From: a virus
Strand: one strand, 5' to 3'
Virus record (IMG/VR): IMGVR_UViG_3300001533_000699
Length of the DNA: 64,000 nucleotides
Shown one piece after another: positions 1 to 9,416 of this stretch. A program made the translations under genes and the position numbers. The stretch's first letter is position 1. The number at the start of each line of letters is the position of its first letter. The notes beneath the pieces are model-generated. The model made no database searches. It was not told the origin of the DNA and was given only the letters and a program-made list of their open reading frames with translations.

Positions 1-253
1 TAAGCGTATGATTGAGACTCAGCAGAACCAATATCAGTGGAAGTTCACATTTTTGGGCGCGAATCAAGACGCATTCGCAGAAAGTGCTAAGCTAGGTATC
101 AACCCACAGTTTGCAGCGAATTATGATGTTGGCAAGAGTATGGATACGATGTGTATAGTAAGCCGTAAAATGAGTGATATGAGATTTGCTCATAGTATAG
201 GACAACCCGTGTCGCACGCATACACAGACAAAGAGCGTAAAGAAATTCAATAA
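1..253 (+). CDS. C-terminal part of a stand-alone vWA-domain protein (truncated by window start)
   Basis: QQNQYQWKFTFLGANQDAFAESAKLGI matches the typical C-terminal motif of stand-alone phage/bacterial vWA proteins. Confidence 0.65.
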   Translation, partial: KRMIETQQNQYQWKFTFLGANQDAFAESAKLGINPQFAANYDVGKSMDTMCIVSRKMSDMRFAHSIGQPVSHAYTDKERKEIQ

Positions 254-308
254 TCTAATTGTGGTTGTTGCTTACCGTTCTACCACTTAACAACTAGAAC
301 GGTTGCCG

Positions 309-391
309 GGAAGGTAGTGGGAAATGGTGCCCAACAAGGTTTGAACCCTTGGCCACGGTAAAACGTGACCGTTCGATTCGGTTACCTTCCG
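309..391 (+). tRNA. tRNA-Ser(TGA)
   Basis: acceptor GGAAGGT/ACCTTCC+G, anticodon arm CAAGG-TTTGAAC-CCTTG, long variable arm, TTCGATT T-loop. Confidence 0.9.
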
Positions 392-396
392 CTGTA

Positions 397-483
397 GGCT
401 AACTAAAGTTCCTGAGTGGAATGTCAGAACAACCTCAATCGGCTGGAAACCGAGAGGCCGGTATAAAGAATTCCATGTTAGCC
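397..483 (+). ncRNA. candidate structured RNA with pseudoknot
   Basis: P1 GGCTAAC/GTTAGCC encloses two hairpins; loop TGGAAT(417-422) is complementary to ATTCCA(470-475). Confidence 0.45.
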
Positions 484-525
484 ATTAATGATTTTTAATC
501 TTAGGATAAAATAAGGATAACGAAC

Positions 526-1260
526 ATGACAAAGCTGAATCAAGTGATTGCGTTGGTGAACGGTAAGAAAACCCGTGCCAAGGAAGAACTGACTAAAATA
601 TACAAGACAGTACAAAAACCAGAGGTGTTTGCTGGTATTTCGCGTGTGTATCAACCTAGCGACGATGAAGGTGAAACTATTCCACCAGAAAAAAAGTTGC
701 CTCTGTTCACCACTAAACAGATACTGAATTCTGTACAAACAACGCTTACAGACTTGATTGATATTGTGGCAACGCAAGACCATGGTAATACTGAAGCAAT
801 GGCAGGAATTGTTGTTGATGGTACACTATTAGTAGATAACGTGCCAGTTACGCACTTATTGTTTTTGGAAAAACAGCTTGTAGATATCCACACTTTGATT
901 GCTGCACTTCCAACACTGGACCCGTCAGAACATTGGATGTATGACGAAAATCGTGGGTGTTATGTTACTGAACCGACACGCACCAACCGCACAAAGAAGG
1001 TGATGCGTAATCACGTGAAGGCTGCCGCGACAGATAAGCACCCGGCACAGGTTGACGTATACACAGAAGACATAAAGGTTGGCGAATGGTCAACCGTAAA
1101 AATGGGCGGGGCACTTCCTGCTGACGAAAAGCGCGATATACTTGAGCGCGTTCGTAAGTTGCAAGACGCAGTAAAAATGGCACGCGAAGAAGCCAATTCA
1201 CATGTTGTGACGCCAATAACTATAGCACCACAGCTATTAACGTACATTATCGGAGCGTAG
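526..1260 (+). CDS. conserved uncharacterised protein (resembles the 'KLNQIIA..KG.K' family, recalled as DUF7873)
   Basis: MTKLNQVIALVNGKK, FAGISRVYQP, LLFLEKQL, ATDKHPAQV, AVKMAREEAN motifs; RBS AAGGA upstream. Confidence 0.75.
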   Translation: MTKLNQVIALVNGKKTRAKEELTKIYKTVQKPEVFAGISRVYQPSDDEGETIPPEKKLPLFTTKQILNSVQTTLTDLIDIVATQDHGNTEAMAGIVVDGTLLVDNVPVTHLLFLEKQLVDIHTLIAALPTLDPSEHWMYDENRGCYVTEPTRTNRTKKVMRNHVKAAATDKHPAQVDVYTEDIKVGEWSTVKMGGALPADEKRDILERVRKLQDAVKMAREEANSHVVTPITIAPQLLTYIIGA

Positions 1261-1411
1261 TCTTAGATTTAGTTTTAGTCTGAATCCTATATACTGTCAG
1301 TGTTGGTTCGAACCCAGCTCCCCTCACTTACATATAATTAGAGGGGGTAGCCCAATTGGTAGAGGCAGGTAAGGTGTTTTAGCTTCAGATTATCGCTCTA
1401 ATCTAAACTAC
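1257..1411 (+). ncRNA. permuted tRNA-mimic RNA 1 (YrlA/Y-RNA-like topology)
   Basis: T-arm GTTGG-TTCGAAC-CCAGC (1302-1318) precedes closed acceptor hairpin TCCCCTC/GAGGGGG, then TA + D-arm GCCC-AATTGGTA-GAGGC; all enclosed by a long bulged stem (TTAGATT/AATCTAA, TAGTCTGAA/TTCAGATTA). Confidence 0.8.
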
Positions 1412-1414
1412 TAT

Positions 1415-1568
1415 CGTGTTGTTTAATCAAGTTCATTGATGCATTATTGGAAGATGCTAGTTCGATTCTAGCCCCGACATCTTTAGTAATTTAATGTCGG
1501 GTAGCACAAAGGTAGTGTGGCCACTATAAGTATGACATCAATGATTAAACGGATATCGTAAACAACGT
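1415..1568 (+). ncRNA. permuted tRNA-mimic RNA 2 (YrlA/Y-RNA-like topology)
   Basis: T-arm GCTAG-TTCGATT-CTAGC (1456-1472), acceptor hairpin CCCGACAT/ATGTCGGG, TA + D-arm GCAC-AAAGGTA-GTGT; outer stem TCATTGATG/CATCAATGA and GTTGTTTA/TAAACAAC. Confidence 0.8.
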
Positions 1569-1587
1569 GGTTAAGCCGATAGACCCG

Positions 1588-1622
1588 GACCCCCCTGAAT
1601 GCGATAAGATTGGGGGTCTATT
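1588..1622 (+). terminator. GC-rich hairpin (terminator or processing signal) after the two RNAs
   Basis: GACCCCC ... GGGGGTC followed by TATT. Confidence 0.4.
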
Positions 1623-1709
1623 GGAAGGTAGCCAAATATTGGTTTGTTGGGCTCGCTTGGAAAGCGAGTTTGTCGAAAGGCGATGAGGGTTCGATTCCCT
1701 TACCTTCCG
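1623..1709 (+). tRNA. tRNA-Ser(GGA)
   Basis: acceptor GGAAGGT/ACCTTCC, CTCGC-TTGGAAA-GCGAG, long variable arm. Confidence 0.9.
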
Positions 1710-1714
1710 CTGAT

Positions 1715-1804
1715 GGAAGATGGCCGAACGTTGGTCAGTCGGGGCTGTTTGCTAAGCAGTTGGTGGTTAATAGCCACCCATAGGTTCGATTCCTATATCT
1801 TCCG
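1715..1804 (+). tRNA. tRNA-Ser(GCT)
   Basis: acceptor GGAAGAT/ATCTTCC, GCTGT-TTGCTAA-GCAGT, long variable arm. Confidence 0.9.
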
Positions 1805-1840
1805 CTCATTATTTATATTATTATTGAATCACAGAAAGCG

Positions 1841-2668
1841 ATGAAGAAATACGTTTTATGCATACCGTCAGGCGGTTTTACTGATACCTTGACGCAAATT
1901 CAACGCTCATGGCATTATTGTCGGGCTCACAACCGCACACTTGTTGTAGACACTATGTGTAGTTCCTGTATGCGTGCTCAATTTAGTACGTATCTTAATG
2001 TAGTCGGTGATGTGGAAGTAATTGGTGAAATAACTAAAGAATTGGTTGAACATCTAAACGAACACGGGCAGGATGTTTATGCAGTTACTGAAGCTAGTTT
2101 TGACCATAATCAGAAGTTTGATGAATATTGTTTAGTAGAACGTACCAGGGGTGGCATGTGGTGGTTTAGCCAACAACAAATTCAAGCTTTTGGTGCATTT
2201 GCTGATAATCTACGCATAGACCCTTTAGTGTCTAAGTATATTCAACAACAACTTTGTAAATTACCGTCAGTATACGACGCTATTCATGTTCGTAATACCG
2301 ACTATCAAACAGATTATAGGTCGTTTTTTAATAAAGTTTTGCCTCAACTAAAAACCGACCATGTCTTGGTATGCTCCGATGATTATGATTGCCTACAATA
2401 CGCCAAGGAATTTTTTCCACAAACGATATTGCAAGTAATAAACCTGACTCCAAACCCAGACAAACCTCGTCATAAAATGATGAATGTAGATTATCATAAA
2501 AGAAATTTGGATTTATTATGTGACTTATTTGCTATGGCAAAATCTCAAAGTTTTTTCTATACTCAGTGTCACAATAATAAATGGAACAAGGGTTTTGCGG
2601 GCTTTAGCATGTTGACCAAGTGCTTACACGATAATCCCAATATTACAAGTAAGATACTACAAGGGTAA
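1841..2668 (+). CDS. NodZ/O-fucosyltransferase-like glycosyltransferase
   Basis: GGFTD N-terminal motif, AIHVRNTD, VCSDD, DLFAMAK motifs; next to GDP-fucose synthase. Confidence 0.65.
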   Translation: MKKYVLCIPSGGFTDTLTQIQRSWHYCRAHNRTLVVDTMCSSCMRAQFSTYLNVVGDVEVIGEITKELVEHLNEHGQDVYAVTEASFDHNQKFDEYCLVERTRGGMWWFSQQQIQAFGAFADNLRIDPLVSKYIQQQLCKLPSVYDAIHVRNTDYQTDYRSFFNKVLPQLKTDHVLVCSDDYDCLQYAKEFFPQTILQVINLTPNPDKPRHKMMNVDYHKRNLDLLCDLFAMAKSQSFFYTQCHNNKWNKGFAGFSMLTKCLHDNPNITSKILQG

Positions 2669-2673
2669 ACTAC

Positions 2674-3291
2674 ATGAAACTATATACTCATGTGACTGAT
2701 AGTCATAGCAAGATGTTTGAACAATGGTTAAAACCAGGGGCTGAACGAGAATTTGAGTTGTGTGTAGGTACGTCCAAGCAGTATGGCCGTGGGCATTGGG
2801 ACGATGCAGAATGGGGCAAAAACACACGCAATAAAGCCAAGACCATGTTAGATGCAGTATCACACAATCTTGGTGATGTTGTAGTATGGTCTGATTGTGA
2901 TATACAGATTTTAAGACCAATCAAAGATAGGCTATTAGAAATACTGGGCGACCATGATATTGCCGTCAGCCATAACGATAAACACAGCGCATGCTCTGGT
3001 TTTTATATAGTTAAATGTAGTATGGATACACACTCTTTCTTTTATGAAATATATCAAGACGATATTTTTACCAAACACAGAAATGGCTTAACAGACCAAG
3101 CTGTATTTTGTAAGCTGTTACCAACACTCAGCTATACAATGTTACCGCCAGATGAATTTTGGTGTAATAGATTTCCATTACAATTAGATAAAATTAGAGT
3201 TCATCACGCTAATTGGATAAAAGGTGTTGACAATAAAGTGTTAGCATTAGAACATCTATACAAGCAATGGAGCACCCAATGTGTAGAGTAG
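2674..3291 (+). CDS. nucleotide-diphospho-sugar transferase (GT77-like)
   Basis: WSDCDI, CSGF, TDQ, HHANW..GVDNK motifs. Confidence 0.7.
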   Translation: MKLYTHVTDSHSKMFEQWLKPGAEREFELCVGTSKQYGRGHWDDAEWGKNTRNKAKTMLDAVSHNLGDVVVWSDCDIQILRPIKDRLLEILGDHDIAVSHNDKHSACSGFYIVKCSMDTHSFFYEIYQDDIFTKHRNGLTDQAVFCKLLPTLSYTMLPPDEFWCNRFPLQLDKIRVHHANWIKGVDNKVLALEHLYKQWSTQCVE

Positions 3292-4199
3292 TTATTACTG
3301 GTGGAACTGGATTTTTAGGTCGATATGTAACACAAGAATGTCATAAACACGATGAATTTACACACATAATGCCTTTGGGAAGCAAAGACTATGATTTGCG
3401 ACATAGCGAAGACATCAAAAAGATGTTTTATGACTGTTGTCCTGATGTTATAATTCATCTTGCTGCTCAGGTTGGTGGTATTGGCTTAAACAAAGCTGAA
3501 CCAGCAAGGCTGTTTTATGACAACGCCATTATGGGAATAGAGTTATTGCACCATGCGTGGATGGGTGAAGTAAAGAAGCTGGTAAATGTTGGCACTGTAT
3601 GCGCATATCCTAAATACACACGTACTCCATTCAAAGAGAGTGATATATGGAATGGGTATCCTGAAGAAACAAATGCGCCATATGGTCTAGCAAAAAAGAT
3701 GTTATTAGTACAAGGGCAAGCATATCGAGAGCAGTATGGGTTTAACTCCATCTATTTACTGCCTACTAATCTATATGGCCCTGGTGATAATTTTGAACCA
3801 AATAGTTCGCACGTTATTCCAGCGCTTATTAAAAAGATTTACGACGCAATTAAGCAGGGAAGGGATGCTGTTGAAGTATGGGGTACTGGAGAGGCGTCAC
3901 GAGATTTTCTATATGTTGAGGATTGCGCTAAAGGTATAGTTGAAGCAACCTTGAAATACGAGTCAGGCGACCCTGTTAATCTTGGTAGTGGTAAGACTAT
4001 GCGTATTTCTACGCTTGTGTATACAATAGCAGAACTCATGCATTACAACGGTAGTATTGTTTTTAACGCCGACAAACCAGAAGGTCAACCAGCTAGATGT
4101 TTAAATACTTCGCGTGCTAAGACATTTGGGTTTGAAGCTACAACTGATATACATACCGGCTTAGAAAAAACTATACTTTATTATCTTAGGAGGATATAG
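3267..4199 (+). CDS. fcl: GDP-L-fucose synthase
   Basis: ITGGTGFLG, HLAAQVGGI, YGLAKK, PTNLYGPGDNF, SHVIPALI, WGTG..SRDFLYVED. Confidence 0.95.
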   Translation: MEHPMCRVVITGGTGFLGRYVTQECHKHDEFTHIMPLGSKDYDLRHSEDIKKMFYDCCPDVIIHLAAQVGGIGLNKAEPARLFYDNAIMGIELLHHAWMGEVKKLVNVGTVCAYPKYTRTPFKESDIWNGYPEETNAPYGLAKKMLLVQGQAYREQYGFNSIYLLPTNLYGPGDNFEPNSSHVIPALIKKIYDAIKQGRDAVEVWGTGEASRDFLYVEDCAKGIVEATLKYESGDPVNLGSGKTMRISTLVYTIAELMHYNGSIVFNADKPEGQPARCLNTSRAKTFGFEATTDIHTGLEKTILYYLRRI

Positions 4200-4201
4200 A
4201 T

Positions 4202-5101
4202 ATGTTGCTAATTGGGCTTAGAGGCCCCAACGACACTAATTTTGGTGATATAAATATGCGTCGTGTTATTGAAAATGCCATTCATAATACCACCAACGAA
4301 GTTACATATTCTCGTAGAAAGCCGTTCGCTAGAGCAGTAGATTTAGTAATTGACGCCAGCGGCTATGCATATTTTTCTTCTATGGGTCAAGGTAATTTTA
4401 TCAGTGCATTAGAATGTCAGGCCACTACGGGTAACTCTCCTTGGTATTTTATACCCCAAGCATGGGGGCCATTTAAACCAATAGATAAGTCACGTACAGT
4501 ATCTATTACGAGCGGTAATTATGTTTGGGCTCGTGATACAACGTCTTATAGATATTTACGAGATTTGGGTATTCCGAATGTGGTTGCACCAGACATAACG
4601 TTTGCTGACGATACTGACTTTTGTGACAACAAAGAGGATTACGTTGCCATATGTCCAAACACACGTATATCAAATGTAAATTATGTTACGTGGTTACACT
4701 CATTATGTCGCCTGTTTCCTAATTATAAAATTATAGTTGGTGAAAAAAACGACATAGGATTTGCAAAACAGTTTGGTGCAGTTACATCAGATGTAGACGA
4801 CGTTAAAGAAGTATTACGACACGCGTCTTTAGTTATAAGTTCACGTTATCACATATTGCTTTATGCTCTTATGTACGCCACACCAGTTATGTGTGTTGGA
4901 TGGTCTCATAAGTATGATGAACTATTCACAGATATTGGTATCAATAAGTGGATTATTAGCGTAGAAACTACACAAAAAGATATTGATAATTTATATTGTC
5001 GTTCAGGTGAGCAAATAGACAAAATAAAAGCTAGTGTTGGTATATATAAGAAACAAGCAACAAACCTTCTCAATAGCGTGGTGTCTATAAAATTATGTTA
5101 G
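4202..5101 (+). CDS. polysaccharide pyruvyl transferase family protein
   Basis: NFGD, QAWGPF, ARD..S, APD, SSRYH, WSHK motifs. Confidence 0.85.
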   Translation: MLLIGLRGPNDTNFGDINMRRVIENAIHNTTNEVTYSRRKPFARAVDLVIDASGYAYFSSMGQGNFISALECQATTGNSPWYFIPQAWGPFKPIDKSRTVSITSGNYVWARDTTSYRYLRDLGIPNVVAPDITFADDTDFCDNKEDYVAICPNTRISNVNYVTWLHSLCRLFPNYKIIVGEKNDIGFAKQFGAVTSDVDDVKEVLRHASLVISSRYHILLYALMYATPVMCVGWSHKYDELFTDIGINKWIISVETTQKDIDNLYCRSGEQIDKIKASVGIYKKQATNLLNSVVSIKLC

Positions 5102-6207
5102 ACCTAAAACTATGTACATCATGCGGTGCGTGTGCTGGCGTTTGTCCAACCAACGCAATATCTATGGTTCGTGATAGTGTATCTCACAAACCAAGTATCG
5201 ATAAAGATATGTGCGTAGGGTGTGGTCGATGTCAAGAGGTTTGTCCAGGCCCAGGTTTTGATTATGAATACTACCATAAGCAAATTTTTGGAAGTATTCC
5301 AAACCACAAACTAGGTCATTATATCAATGTGTATGCTGGACACACAACAGATGCACAGATTCTTGCGAGTAGTCAAAGCGGTGGTTTTGTATCAACTCTA
5401 TTATGCTCATTATTAGAACAAGGAATCATACAAGGGGCAATTGTCTCAGCAAGACTGCCTAATGCGCCATTAGAGCCAGTGAGTTTTGTAGCGCGAACAA
5501 GAACAACAATATTGAGTGCTGTAGGCAGTATATATAATTCTGTGCCTACTGCTGAACTAATTAAGAATTTACTACAATTACCGGGTAAGTACGTGTTTGT
5601 GGGATTACCATGCCACATACACGCGATGCGTAAAGCTGAGCAACTATACCCACAACTCAAAAACGCTATACAGTGTTATATAGGACTGCATTGCCTGGGG
5701 GTGTTTACGTATAGTATATATGACCGCATATTCAGCATGTGTGGATTATCTCAAAAAGACATTAAGGAGTTTAGGCATAGAGATAAACGGTCTGGTATGC
5801 AACATGGTGGCGCATATATAGTTGACAACAACGATAACGTACATTTAATAGACCCCTATAAGTCTAGACTGCATAAACGAGAGCAATACACCAATCCTAG
5901 ATGTCTCGTGTGTATAGATAAAACTAATCAATTTTGTGATATATCATGCGGTGATTGTAGAATGCCGCGAGCGCATGCAGAATTCAAGAGGGAAAACTAC
6001 GACCCAAACGACGGTCTGTCAGAAATTGTTGTAAGAACACCTAGAGGTCAAAACACCATAGATAGATTACGTAACTTCTTGTATAAAACGTACACAGCCG
6101 ACGAAGTATTAAAATCTATATATGGAGGAATCAATAAAATAGATAGATTCGAAGAATGGTGTGATTTATTAGATATGTATCCTCTATACACCAATAAGGA
6201 TAACTGA
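5095..6207 (+). CDS. 4Fe-4S dicluster + F420 hydrogenase beta-subunit-like protein (polysaccharide-locus type)
   Basis: two CxxCxxCxxxCP motifs, SQSGG, VGLPCH, GLHC, C..C.D...DISCGD. Confidence 0.85.
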   Translation: MLDLKLCTSCGACAGVCPTNAISMVRDSVSHKPSIDKDMCVGCGRCQEVCPGPGFDYEYYHKQIFGSIPNHKLGHYINVYAGHTTDAQILASSQSGGFVSTLLCSLLEQGIIQGAIVSARLPNAPLEPVSFVARTRTTILSAVGSIYNSVPTAELIKNLLQLPGKYVFVGLPCHIHAMRKAEQLYPQLKNAIQCYIGLHCLGVFTYSIYDRIFSMCGLSQKDIKEFRHRDKRSGMQHGGAYIVDNNDNVHLIDPYKSRLHKREQYTNPRCLVCIDKTNQFCDISCGDCRMPRAHAEFKRENYDPNDGLSEIVVRTPRGQNTIDRLRNFLYKTYTADEVLKSIYGGINKIDRFEEWCDLLDMYPLYTNKDN

Positions 6208-7178
6208 TGCAGCACGATATTCCACTAGTACACTTAGATAGTTGTAGGTGGTTAAAGCATAATCCTATGCCAGAACACACTAAAACGCTATATGCTACAC
6301 CTACACGTGATGATTTAGCAGTATGTATATGCTATTTTTCCTATTGCAGATATAAAAAGACATTACGCAATATATTGACTGTATTACAAGACCTACGTGA
6401 AGCAAATATTCCACACTATGTAATAGAGTTGCTATACCCAAACCAAACTAGTGTGGTACCCAACCCACACAAAATAGTTCATGCTGAAACAGTAATGTTC
6501 CATAAAGAAAATCTACACAATGTACTAGAGCCACACATACCATCAAAATACTCTAAGTTGTTATTCTTAGATGCTGATGTACGATTTACAATCCCAGACT
6601 GGTATGACCAAACTTCACATATTCTTGATAACGCAACAGTTATGCAACCAATGGGTGTATCTAGCTGGATATCATTTTGTAAACACACGGTCGCATACGG
6701 CGCGCTACAATGCCCAAATCAATTACTTGGGCTAGTAGAATATCATCCTGGTTTTGCGATTGGTATAACTAGGAGCGTGTTCCATGCTATTGGTGGTTTA
6801 TATGATAGAACAGTACTTGGTGCCGGTGATTCGCTATTTTGGGACAGTATGATACGCGCAACGGGGCATCCTGGGATTCGCTCTAAATACATGACGCATG
6901 TTGATTATGCTTTACAGGGTGATTATTTCAGTGAATATAAAGATAGATGTACCCAAAATCAGAGTAGTATCAAAATTGGTTGTTTATCCCACAATATAGC
7001 AACACATATGCCACATGGAGCAAGAGAAAACCGTCGTTATAGCGATAGGTCTAATGGTTGGAACATAGATGATTACGATATCTATAAAAACTCTGATGGT
7101 GTATATGAGTGGAGTGATAAAAAGTATGATAAATTAGCAAAAGAGTATTTTATCAATAGAAAAGAAGACGAAGATTAG
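6207..7178 (+). CDS. glycosyltransferase family A-like protein
   Basis: HKENL, FLDAD, GAGD, RKED C-terminus; paralog of 10185..11195. Confidence 0.65.
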   Translation: MQHDIPLVHLDSCRWLKHNPMPEHTKTLYATPTRDDLAVCICYFSYCRYKKTLRNILTVLQDLREANIPHYVIELLYPNQTSVVPNPHKIVHAETVMFHKENLHNVLEPHIPSKYSKLLFLDADVRFTIPDWYDQTSHILDNATVMQPMGVSSWISFCKHTVAYGALQCPNQLLGLVEYHPGFAIGITRSVFHAIGGLYDRTVLGAGDSLFWDSMIRATGHPGIRSKYMTHVDYALQGDYFSEYKDRCTQNQSSIKIGCLSHNIATHMPHGARENRRYSDRSNGWNIDDYDIYKNSDGVYEWSDKKYDKLAKEYFINRKEDED

Positions 7179-7180
7179 TC

Positions 7181-7954
7181 ATGGTTGTATTTCTTATACC
7201 GGTGCGACACCCAAATAGCGCGATAGATTATAATACGACATGGCAGCTTTTAATAGATTCTTTGCGTAATATTTATCGACAAACTGACGGCGATTGGCAC
7301 GCTATAATCACGGCAAATAAAATTCTGCATATGCCGCATGATTTACCGCTAGGCAATATCACGTTTTTAACATACTCTGGGGAAGAGTGTGGTCATACTC
7401 TGAAAAAATGGAATCAACAAAAGTTCCTAAAGCACAACAAAGACAAAGCAAATAAAAGGATGTGCGGAGTCAAATACGCTAAAGAGAATCTGAATCCAAA
7501 ATGGTATTTTATGATGGATGCAGACGACTATATATCTAATGATTTAGTGGAAACCATACACACCTTCCCTGCTAATATTAAATGTGTTACAATTGAGTGT
7601 GGGGTAGTTGTAAATACTATGAACGGTGTATGTACTTTAAATAATGACTTTAATAGATGCTGTGGTACATCTATTGGTTTCAAATCACAGTTCTTACACT
7701 TACATCTACATAATCGACAACTCATGTGGGCGTTATTGGGCAAACACATATTTTGTCAAAGTGGTGCGCATATGTGGAAACGACGTAAATTAGAGGATAA
7801 ACCATACGCAACATATATGATTCATGACGATAACCACGGATTACATTTATGGGGTGCTAAGAATTTGGTCGATACACACCATCAGCCAGTTTCCAACGTA
7901 GACAAAAAACGTCTGGGAATTTTAGGGTTGACAAAAAGAAAAATCCAGCTATAA
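7181..7954 (+). CDS. glycosyltransferase family A/2 protein
   Basis: FLIPVRHP, MMDADD, CGTS. Confidence 0.7.
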   Translation: MVVFLIPVRHPNSAIDYNTTWQLLIDSLRNIYRQTDGDWHAIITANKILHMPHDLPLGNITFLTYSGEECGHTLKKWNQQKFLKHNKDKANKRMCGVKYAKENLNPKWYFMMDADDYISNDLVETIHTFPANIKCVTIECGVVVNTMNGVCTLNNDFNRCCGTSIGFKSQFLHLHLHNRQLMWALLGKHIFCQSGAHMWKRRKLEDKPYATYMIHDDNHGLHLWGAKNLVDTHHQPVSNVDKKRLGILGLTKRKIQL

Positions 7955-8260
7955 TACAACTAATAATGACGAACAGATGTTCGCAAACATGGTCTTTAAT
8001 TATGAGTAGTGGCCTCGATATGAGGGTTGCCTGGTAACTTGCTATTACCAATCCGATGGTACTTATGTATCTATGTGACACGGGGGCAACGGTGCTATAC
8101 AAGCTGTACACCTATAGTTTTATTTATTTTAAAAAAGTTTTATGCGACGGCGCTTGCAAACCGCCCACAACATACAGCAATGTAGTTGTACACAACAAGC
8201 AGGACGTAATCTGCGTCCAAACATATTTTTCACTCAAAATAAACACAAAGGAGAAGCTGA

Positions 8261-8686
8261 ATGGCTGGAAGTTTTAACAAGGTCATTATCATGGGTAATC
8301 TAACCCGTGATGTAGAGTTGCGTTATATTCCAAGCGGTACTGCTGTAACAGATTTGGGTATCGCCGTGAACGAAAAGCGTAAAAACACCAACGGGGATGT
8401 TATTGAAGAGACGACATTTGTTGACGTAACTCTCTGGGGGCGTAACGCTGAGGTAGCCTCTAAGTATCTTAGTAAGGGCTCCCCAGTTCTTATTGAGGGT
8501 CGCCTACGTCTTGACCAGTGGGAAAACGCTGATGGAGAAAAGCGACAAAAGATGAAGGTTGTGTGTGACCGCATGCAAATGGTAGGCGGCAACCCAAACA
8601 CAAGCTCAGAAACAGCTAAGAGTTCAGGAACAAAGCAAGAACAAAGTTCTGAACCAGTAGATACGGATGATGACATCCCATTCTAA
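8261..8686 (+). CDS. ssb: single-stranded DNA-binding protein
   Basis: [17 protein letters not shown] ... DDDIPF tail; RBS AAGGAG. Confidence 0.97.
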   Translation: MAGSFNKVIIMGNLTRDVELRYIPSGTAVTDLGIAVNEKRKNTNGDVIEETTFVDVTLWGRNAEVASKYLSKGSPVLIEGRLRLDQWENADGEKRQKMKVVCDRMQMVGGNPNTSSETAKSSGTKQEQSSEPVDTDDDIPF

Positions 8687-9416
8687 GATAGCGTATTTGT
8701 TTTTGGTATATAGCGATGTATACCATCCACAGGTGTGGGAAAAGTATTTCACTGGCGAATCAGACAACGTAAAAATATGTTGTCATGCCGCCAACAGAAA
8801 GCAAACTACCACACCATTTATACGCAACAATCTGATTCCATACTGGGTTTCTACTAAGTGGGCCGGGCTAGGTTTAGTCTTGGCCCACTTAGAGTTAATT
8901 CGTTATGCTTTACGTGACCCAAGTGTACAAAGGCTTGTGTTGTGTTCAGAAAGCTGTATACCGATTAAGTCATATAAAAAAACTCGCCAACTGTTATTCG
9001 ACACAGACGCTACTTGGTTACGCACTACGACACAATATACCTCAAGAATGTCTCGCGTTACTACAATACCAAAACAACACCACAGACATCATTCTCAATG
9101 GGTAGCTCTAACTAGAGAACACGCCTCTATGTTAGTTCGTTTCAACTTTCTAGGAGATTTTATCAATTGTGTAGTACCAGACGAACATTATGTTGGGTCA
9201 GTATTAGTACATCTTGGCGAAGCAGAACGCATATTACAAAAAAGCCAAACATATGCACAATGGTATAAACTGTCACCGGTTCAGTTCACACCAAGAGAAC
9301 ACACACAAATATCTACTCAATTGATACAAAACTTGAAAAAATCCGATGCTTTATTTGCTAGAAAATTTCCCGCAAATAGTTGCATAAACCAACATTGGAA
9401 GGATATCATAGAGTGA
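8667..9416 (+). CDS. GT14 core-2/I-branching beta-1,6-GlcNAc transferase-like
   Basis: KIAYLFL, SESCIP, SQW..L.R.HA, PDEHY, LFARKF. Confidence 0.85.
   Translation: MMTSHSKIAYLFLVYSDVYHPQVWEKYFTGESDNVKICCHAANRKQTTTPFIRNNLIPYWVSTKWAGLGLVLAHLELIRYALRDPSVQRLVLCSESCIPIKSYKKTRQLLFDTDATWLRTTTQYTSRMSRVTTIPKQHHRHHSQWVALTREHASMLVRFNFLGDFINCVVPDEHYVGSVLVHLGEAERILQKSQTYAQWYKLSPVQFTPREHTQISTQLIQNLKKSDALFARKFPANSCINQHWKDIIE

Noticed and set aside
1-253. vWA fragment as the C-terminus of Ro60/TROVE partnering the Y-like RNAs
   Set aside because: The motif FLGANQDA is typical of stand-alone vWA proteins, not Ro60; the upstream sequence is outside the window, so it is not fully excluded.
397-483. Hammerhead ribozyme
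   Set aside because: CTGAGTG does not fit CUGANGA, and the stems do not match the hammerhead core.
1300-1520. Reading the region as one ordinary intron-containing tRNA (5' half at 1341, 3' half at 1456)
   Set aside because: Acceptor strands do not match across units (GAGGGGG versus CCCGACA); each pairs within its own permuted unit.
1644-1844. ORFs overlapping tRNA genes (also 13180-13844 and 21988-22376)
   Set aside because: Explained by tRNA sequence; no RBS or protein features.
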